Positions 6,276 to 9,941 of a stretch of 9,941 nucleotides of DNA are shown in pieces. The position numbers and the translations under genes are program-made. A model generated the notes under the pieces. That model did no database searches and was not told the origin of the DNA. It saw nothing but the letters and a program-made list of their open reading frames with translations. Each line of letters opens with the position of its first letter. Position 1 is the first letter of the stretch. Source of the DNA: Candidatus Iainarchaeum sp. (lineage in GTDB: Archaea > Iainarchaeota > Iainarchaeia > Iainarchaeales > DTGL01); NCBI GenBank assembly GCA_038736825.1, contig JAVYME010000038.1, positions 1 through 9,941 on the forward strand. The letters are read 5' to 3'.

Positions 6276-6995
6276 TTATTTTTTTTGTTGTTCTGAGAGC
6301 TCTCTTGCCATGCGGTCTATGTCTGAAGAGTCTATTTGCTTGTCTTTCACTATTTCTATTATTACTTTTTCCCTTTTTTGTTTTTCAATGGTTTCAGCTG
6401 GAGCCAGTGTTTTCGCGAAAAGGATTTTTATCAAGGATTCCACTTTCACGAGGTTTGCATCGTTTTCTTTTATGAATTCTTGAAAGCTTTCACTGTCAAG
6501 CTCTCTCCGGTACATTTTGCAGGCAGCAATCCTTCTCTGGCTTAAAAGCTCTGCTTTTTCATCCATTAATCTTTTCAAGGCAGCCCTTTCACGCCGTTTC
6601 AACAAGCGCGCTCGCAAGCCATCCAAGTGCAATGGCGAGGTTTTCCTGTAAATTTTTGCCTCTATTTTTATGAGTCTTTGGTGTTTTTCGCTTAACAGTT
6701 TTAAGAAAACCGCTTCAGTTATTTCCCTTTTAAGGAATCTTTCTTCAATAGCCCTTATTTCTGTTTTTAAGGATTGCATTTCCTCTTGGAGTTTTTTTGC
6801 AGGCGGATTCGACCAAATGCCGTAAATCACCACTATTCCAAGCAATGAAAAGGAAACAAAGTAAACTGTTAACAGTAAAATGTCTATCATTATTTCTTTG
6901 CCGAATAAAAAGTATACTGCGGCAAATGCTATTACAATCATTACAAACAGGAATACCAGTGAAAGGTTTTCCCTTAACCTTGAATCCTCTAGCAT
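6276..6995 (-). CDS. Two-TM membrane protein with a long charged coiled-coil cytoplasmic domain containing two SHOCT-like helical repeats
   Basis: The 239-aa ORF has two hydrophobic helices (about residues 12-31 and 36-61), followed by a K/E/R-rich helical region. Internal repeats are RFLKREITEAVFLKLLSEKHQRL (nt 6672-6746) and KMYRRELDSESFQEFIKENDANL (nt 6453-6530). An AT-rich TATA-like tract lies immediately upstream at 7005-7020. Confidence 0.75.
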   Translation of the reverse strand: MLEDSRLRENLSLVFLFVMIVIAFAAVYFLFGKEIMIDILLLTVYFVSFSLLGIVVIYGIWSNPPAKKLQEEMQSLKTEIRAIEERFLKREITEAVFLKLLSEKHQRLIKIEAKIYRKTSPLHLDGLRARLLKRRERAALKRLMDEKAELLSQRRIAACKMYRRELDSESFQEFIKENDANLVKVESLIKILFAKTLAPAETIEKQKREKVIIEIVKDKQIDSSDIDRMARELSEQQKK

Positions 6996-7026
6996 GCTAA
7001 AAATAAGTGCATTCTTATTTATATAT

Positions 7027-7788
7027 TTATTTGAAGGCTATCCGGGCTGCCTCTTGAATGGTTGAAACCTCTATTACCTGCATGCCATATTCTTCAAAAA
7101 ACGCTTTGTTCAAGTCAAATTCAACAGGCTCATAATAGACTCTCTGGAAAATAAAACCCCTGCCTCTTTTTTCTTCGGTTTTCCTTTCATAGATTACGCC
7201 TTTTGATTGCCCTGGAGGCACAAGGAAGACTTTTATTCCGTTTTTTGCTGCAGCTGTGCCTTTTTCCACTATTCCGCCAATCTGCCCTATTGAACCGTTT
7301 GCCATTATTGTTCCAGTGATTGCCATGTCCTCCCTTAAGTGTTTTTTTTCTATTGCAGCAATTGTTGCAAGCGTTAAGGCAGCGCCAGCGCTTGGCCCGC
7401 CAACAAGCCTTGATTCTCCAGCGGTAATAGTGTAAATTATGTCTTTGTCTGAAAGGCTTTTTTTAGTGAATTCTTCTGCAACGCTTTTCGCTGTTTCAGC
7501 TGAAAACTGGGTGTCAGGCTCTATGAAGGGGTTAACGCTGAAAAGAACCCTGCCTTTTCCCTCTATTATTTCCACTTCCGCTTGGCTCATTATGCCAGTG
7601 CCATCGCCTGCAACTGCCACAATGTTTGCTTTTGCTGAATAGTTTCCGCTTTCCAGGCTTGCTTTTGGAACCACGGTTTCAGGAACCCTTTCCATTAACG
7701 CGATTTGGGGATACAAAAGCAAGCCAAAAATTATTCCAGTGGCAAGCACAATTAAAGAGAAAAGCAATAATTGAAGGCGCGAGTTCAT
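7027..7788 (-). CDS. S16-family (Lon proteolytic domain) serine protease with an N-terminal TM anchor and no AAA+ module
   Basis: The TM helix is LQLLLFSLIVLATGIIFGLLL. The Lon catalytic motif GGPSAGAA places Ser133 at nt 7390-7392. ITGTI...GSIGQIGGIVEKGTAAAKNG places Lys176. The Ser-Lys spacing of 43 residues equals that of E. coli Lon (S679/K722). The protein is 253 aa in total, so it has no ATPase domain. Confidence 0.85.
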   Translation of the reverse strand: MNSRLQLLLFSLIVLATGIIFGLLLYPQIALMERVPETVVPKASLESGNYSAKANIVAVAGDGTGIMSQAEVEIIEGKGRVLFSVNPFIEPDTQFSAETAKSVAEEFTKKSLSDKDIIYTITAGESRLVGGPSAGAALTLATIAAIEKKHLREDMAITGTIMANGSIGQIGGIVEKGTAAAKNGIKVFLVPPGQSKGVIYERKTEEKRGRGFIFQRVYYEPVEFDLNKAFFEEYGMQVIEVSTIQEAARIAFK

Positions 7789-7883
7789 GAAAAAAACAAT
7801 GCGTGTAAAGTTTTAAGAGTTTGTTGTTTTGGTTCGCTTTAAAACAATCCTGCTTTTTTAAAAAGAGGCGTTCAGAAAAAACA

Positions 7884-7895
7884 AAATATATATAT
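7884..7895 (+). promoter_or_regulatory. TATA-like box (AAATATATATAT), candidate promoter of the Cys-rich lipoprotein gene
   Basis: It lies about 50 nt upstream of ATG 7941, inside the divergent intergenic region shared with the S16 protease gene. Confidence 0.4.
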
Positions 7896-7926
7896 GGGGT
7901 GTCCTGTAAATACTATGGTTTTTTAT

Positions 7927-7931
7927 GGAGG
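7927..7931 (+). promoter_or_regulatory. Shine-Dalgarno GGAGG for ATG 7941
   Basis: GGAGG is followed by T8-G and then ATG, a 9-nt spacer. This supports 7941 as the real start rather than the track's 7821. Confidence 0.6.
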
Positions 7932-7940
7932 TTTTTTTTG

Positions 7941-9083
7941 ATGAAAAGAAATTTTGTACTGGTTTTGGCTTCACTTTTTGTTTTAATGTTTTTTTTGAAT
8001 GGTTGCACTCAACCTGGCAGCAAAGAACAAACTCCAACGCCTGCTCCAAACATTCAAACTCCAACGCCCACGCCGGCTTTAAGCGGGCCAAAGGATTGCG
8101 GCACCGACATTGATTGCTTTATCAAGGCAGCAGAAAACTGTTCTGAGGCAAGTTACACTTCAATTCGAACGCTTTCCCTTGGATTCATTGAGCACACCAA
8201 CACTTCAAAAGTCGAACTAAGAGGAATAAGCGGGGGAAAATGCTTGTTTTATTTAAAAAATGTCAAGAACGAGTTTGTTTTCAGTCCAGAGTACACTCAA
8301 GAGCAAAAGGACAGCGTTTTGGAAATGTATAAAAAAATGGAAGGCTTGGACATGGTTTGCAAGTATGATATTGCTTATATAAGGCAAATCTTTCAGGACT
8401 GGAAGGCCGGCGGCTGGGAGTCATTGGATGTTGTGCCATGCGAGGGCGACTATGCCAAACTAATGAAGAACGAGAGTGGTTTTATCGCATGTGAAAACTG
8501 TGATTACAACGATAATTTTTTGGGGTCGCCTGGCACTGCAAGCGATGATGGCTGCCCTGCATGTGAAAACTGTGCTTCCGGCAAACAATTGCGAGTGATA
8601 TCCGGCAACATGGATTCTGTAACGGAAGCCTGCCATGATTGCATTTTAGATAAAGACTGCAAGAAAGGATTCCATTGCTTTGAAAAAACTTGCTTGAGCA
8701 ACAGTGTTTTGTTAGGTTTGCCTTCCTGTGAAGGCTTTGACGGCTATATCCCAAACGATCCTTGCAAAAAGTATGCCTGTGAAAACTGCCGGGAAGGCCA
8801 TTTGTCTTGCTATAGTGGCTGGAGCAATTGGCCAAAGGAAATACAATACAAGTGCGTGGAATGCAATGGCTCTGTTTTGTTTTGGAAGCAGTGCAAGGAT
8901 GGCTTTGAATGCAAGGCTTACAAGTGTGAACCGTTGAAAATAGAAACTTGCGACTTGGAGTGCAACAAATTCCATTATAGCAATTGCCCCGAGGGCTGCA
9001 TTCGGAAATGCCTTCCAAGCGCCTGTTCTGGGCAATATTGCACTGCCGACTGTGAGGGACCGGGAAGCTGTTCCTGTCCTTGA
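7941..9083 (+). CDS. Secreted cysteine-rich lipoprotein with a Thr/Pro linker and repeated CxxC modules
   Basis: The signal peptide MKRNFVLVLASLFVLMFFLNG|C carries a lipobox-like L-N-G-C. A TPTPAPNIQTPTPTPA linker follows. By hand count there are about 37 Cys in 380 aa. Repeated units are ACENC (three copies) and C-K-x-G-F-x-C-x4-C (two copies). The protein ends in a dense Cys tail, ...CSGQYCTADCEGPGSCSCP. Confidence 0.8.
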   Translation: MKRNFVLVLASLFVLMFFLNGCTQPGSKEQTPTPAPNIQTPTPTPALSGPKDCGTDIDCFIKAAENCSEASYTSIRTLSLGFIEHTNTSKVELRGISGGKCLFYLKNVKNEFVFSPEYTQEQKDSVLEMYKKMEGLDMVCKYDIAYIRQIFQDWKAGGWESLDVVPCEGDYAKLMKNESGFIACENCDYNDNFLGSPGTASDDGCPACENCASGKQLRVISGNMDSVTEACHDCILDKDCKKGFHCFEKTCLSNSVLLGLPSCEGFDGYIPNDPCKKYACENCREGHLSCYSGWSNWPKEIQYKCVECNGSVLFWKQCKDGFECKAYKCEPLKIETCDLECNKFHYSNCPEGCIRKCLPSACSGQYCTADCEGPGSCSCP

Positions 9084-9084
9084 G

Positions 9085-9093
9085 TTTTTTTTT
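9085..9093 (+). terminator. Oligo-T (T9) termination signal after the lipoprotein gene
   Basis: TTTTTTTTT starts 2 nt after the TGA stop (9081-9083). Confidence 0.5.
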
Positions 9094-9199
9094 AAGAAGA
9101 AAAATTGGGCGGGGTTTGCCGGAGCACTAGCATAACAAAAGCGGCTTTCAAGATGCGGTTCCCTTTTGTTCTCCCGCTTTTTTTTCCTTGTTTGGTTGG

Positions 9200-9844
9200 T
9201 TAGCTGGCTTTTCTTTTTTCTTTTTTTGCTTTGACTTTTTTCATGGAGTAAAAGGTTTCTCTTTCCCTTTCCTCCAATCTCTGTTCTATGTATTTTTTTG
9301 TGCTTTCAAGCCTTGGAATGATTATTTTTTCCAGAGAGTTGACTTTTCTCTTGGTTTTGCTTATTTCAAGGGAAAGCCTTTCAATTAGTGCTTCTTTTTC
9401 TGCTAATAGGGTGGTTTTTTCCAGTGCTTCTTCGAACTGGCTTGCGGTTTCATCCAATAGCGAGGAAGAGCCTGAAATGGAATAGCCTCTTTCTGAAAGC
9501 TTTCTCTTGATTCCAGAGGCTTTCACTATCGGCACTCTTGCACCCATTATGTTTCTCTCGCTTATTTCCAGTGAAATGCTTGAATTGTTTGAAGAGTCAA
9601 ATGCAAAGCCTTCAAGGTTTAGAGTGCCAAGCTGTGCTTGAGTGAGTGCAAGGGATGAAAAGGCTTTTTCCAAGACGGTTTCTGTTTCCAAGCGCAGTTT
9701 TTTTGCTTGCCCGAATTCTTTGTAGAATTCGTTGAATAAAGCGTCCCTTTTTTCTTTTAAGAGCTTGTGCCCTTTTTTTGCCAGTTCTATTCTTTTCCTT
9801 GCCTTTAACAATTCCATTCTTGTTGGTTTAATGTTCCAAATCAT
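9200..9844 (-). CDS. atpD: A/V-type ATP synthase subunit D
   Basis: The N-terminus IKPTRMELLKARKRIELAKKGHKLLKEKRDALFNEF and the C-terminal block KRKVNSLEKIIIPRLESTKKYIEQRLEERERETFYSMKKVK match the conserved termini of V/A-ATPase D subunits. Length is 214 aa. Confidence 0.9.
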   Translation of the reverse strand: MIWNIKPTRMELLKARKRIELAKKGHKLLKEKRDALFNEFYKEFGQAKKLRLETETVLEKAFSSLALTQAQLGTLNLEGFAFDSSNNSSISLEISERNIMGARVPIVKASGIKRKLSERGYSISGSSSLLDETASQFEEALEKTTLLAEKEALIERLSLEISKTKRKVNSLEKIIIPRLESTKKYIEQRLEERERETFYSMKKVKAKKEKRKAS

Positions 9845-9850
9845 TCAATT

Positions 9851-9941
9851 TCACTTTTTTTTCCTTTTTGCTTTAGCCTTTTCTGGTTTTTTTTCTATAA
9901 CTGGTTCCTTTTTTGTTTCCTTTTCTTTTGCTCCATGCAAG
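9851..9941 (-). CDS. 3' end of the upstream ORF (window-truncated), with a lysine-rich tail; by operon position it may be A-ATPase subunit B
   Basis: The minus-strand frame is open from the window edge: LHGAKEKETKKEPVIEKKPEKAKAKRKKK, then TGA (9853-9851). This ends 6 nt before the atpD ATG. The identity is inferred only from the usual archaeal atpA-atpB-atpD order. The visible residues carry no diagnostic motif. Confidence 0.3.
   Translation of the reverse strand, partial: LHGAKEKETKKEPVIEKKPEKAKAKRKKK

Noticed and set aside
7821-7940. N-terminal extension of the lipoprotein ORF (track start 7821)
   Set aside because: The extension overlaps the TATA-like box and has no RBS. ATG 7941 has a GGAGG at 9-nt spacing and is immediately followed by a classic signal peptide with a lipobox.
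8482-9035. Long minus-strand ORFs (178 aa and 107 aa) antisense to the Cys-rich gene
   Set aside because: They lie antisense to a well-supported CDS. Their products are Cys/His/Ser-rich mirror-image translations of TGY/GCA-rich codons, and they lack starts with an RBS. They are shadow ORFs. The same reasoning applies to the other antisense or overlapping track ORFs, for example 598-930, 2864-3205, 4319-4546, 5302-5598, 6134-6475 and 7439-7642.
9107-9177. The 71-nt GC island as a tRNA or a split-tRNA half
   Set aside because: On neither strand can I build a 7-bp acceptor stem, a D arm or a T loop (GTTCRANYC). There are no C/D (UGAUGA/CUGA) or H/ACA (ACA tail) boxes either.
1-9941. CRISPR arrays, IS elements, toxin-antitoxin pairs or known defence-system genes
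   Set aside because: There are no spaced direct repeats. I recognise no transposase, integrase or Cas motifs and no small adjacent toxin-antitoxin-like ORF pairs. The only exact repeats seen are the short intragenic ACENC-coding duplications.

Overview
The window looks like a chromosomal segment from a small-genome, low-GC archaeon, possibly DPANN-like. This rests on an archaeal-type tRNA with no encoded CCA, an A/V-type ATPase D subunit, TATA-like boxes about 25-30 nt upstream of genes, and oligo-T tracts after genes. No CRISPR array, transposase, integrase or rRNA is visible.

Gene order:
- 3' part of a large PKD/Ig-repeat surface protein with one TM helix and a cytoplasmic tail (+)
- a GC-rich block of about 410 nt that I read as the RNase P RNA gene, not the two overlapping ORFs in the track (+)
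- a compact histone-deacetylase-family (HDAC-family) hydrolase (+)
- a flavodoxin-like protein (+)
- an orphan membrane-anchored protein (-)
- a 154-aa orphan (+)
- tRNA-Arg(UCU) (+)
- cytidine deaminase (+)
- a two-TM protein with a coiled-coil cytoplasmic domain (-)
- a membrane-anchored Lon (S16) protease domain with no ATPase (-)
- a divergently transcribed, very cysteine-rich lipoprotein (+)
- ATPase subunit D (-)
- the lysine-rich 3' end of the preceding ORF (-)

Most noteworthy:
- the hidden RNase P RNA, whose 5' region appears to lack P2/P3
- the pairing of the Cys-rich modular lipoprotein with the orphan Lon-domain protease
- a helical motif shared by two membrane proteins

All family calls come from motifs read by eye. 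No searches were run.
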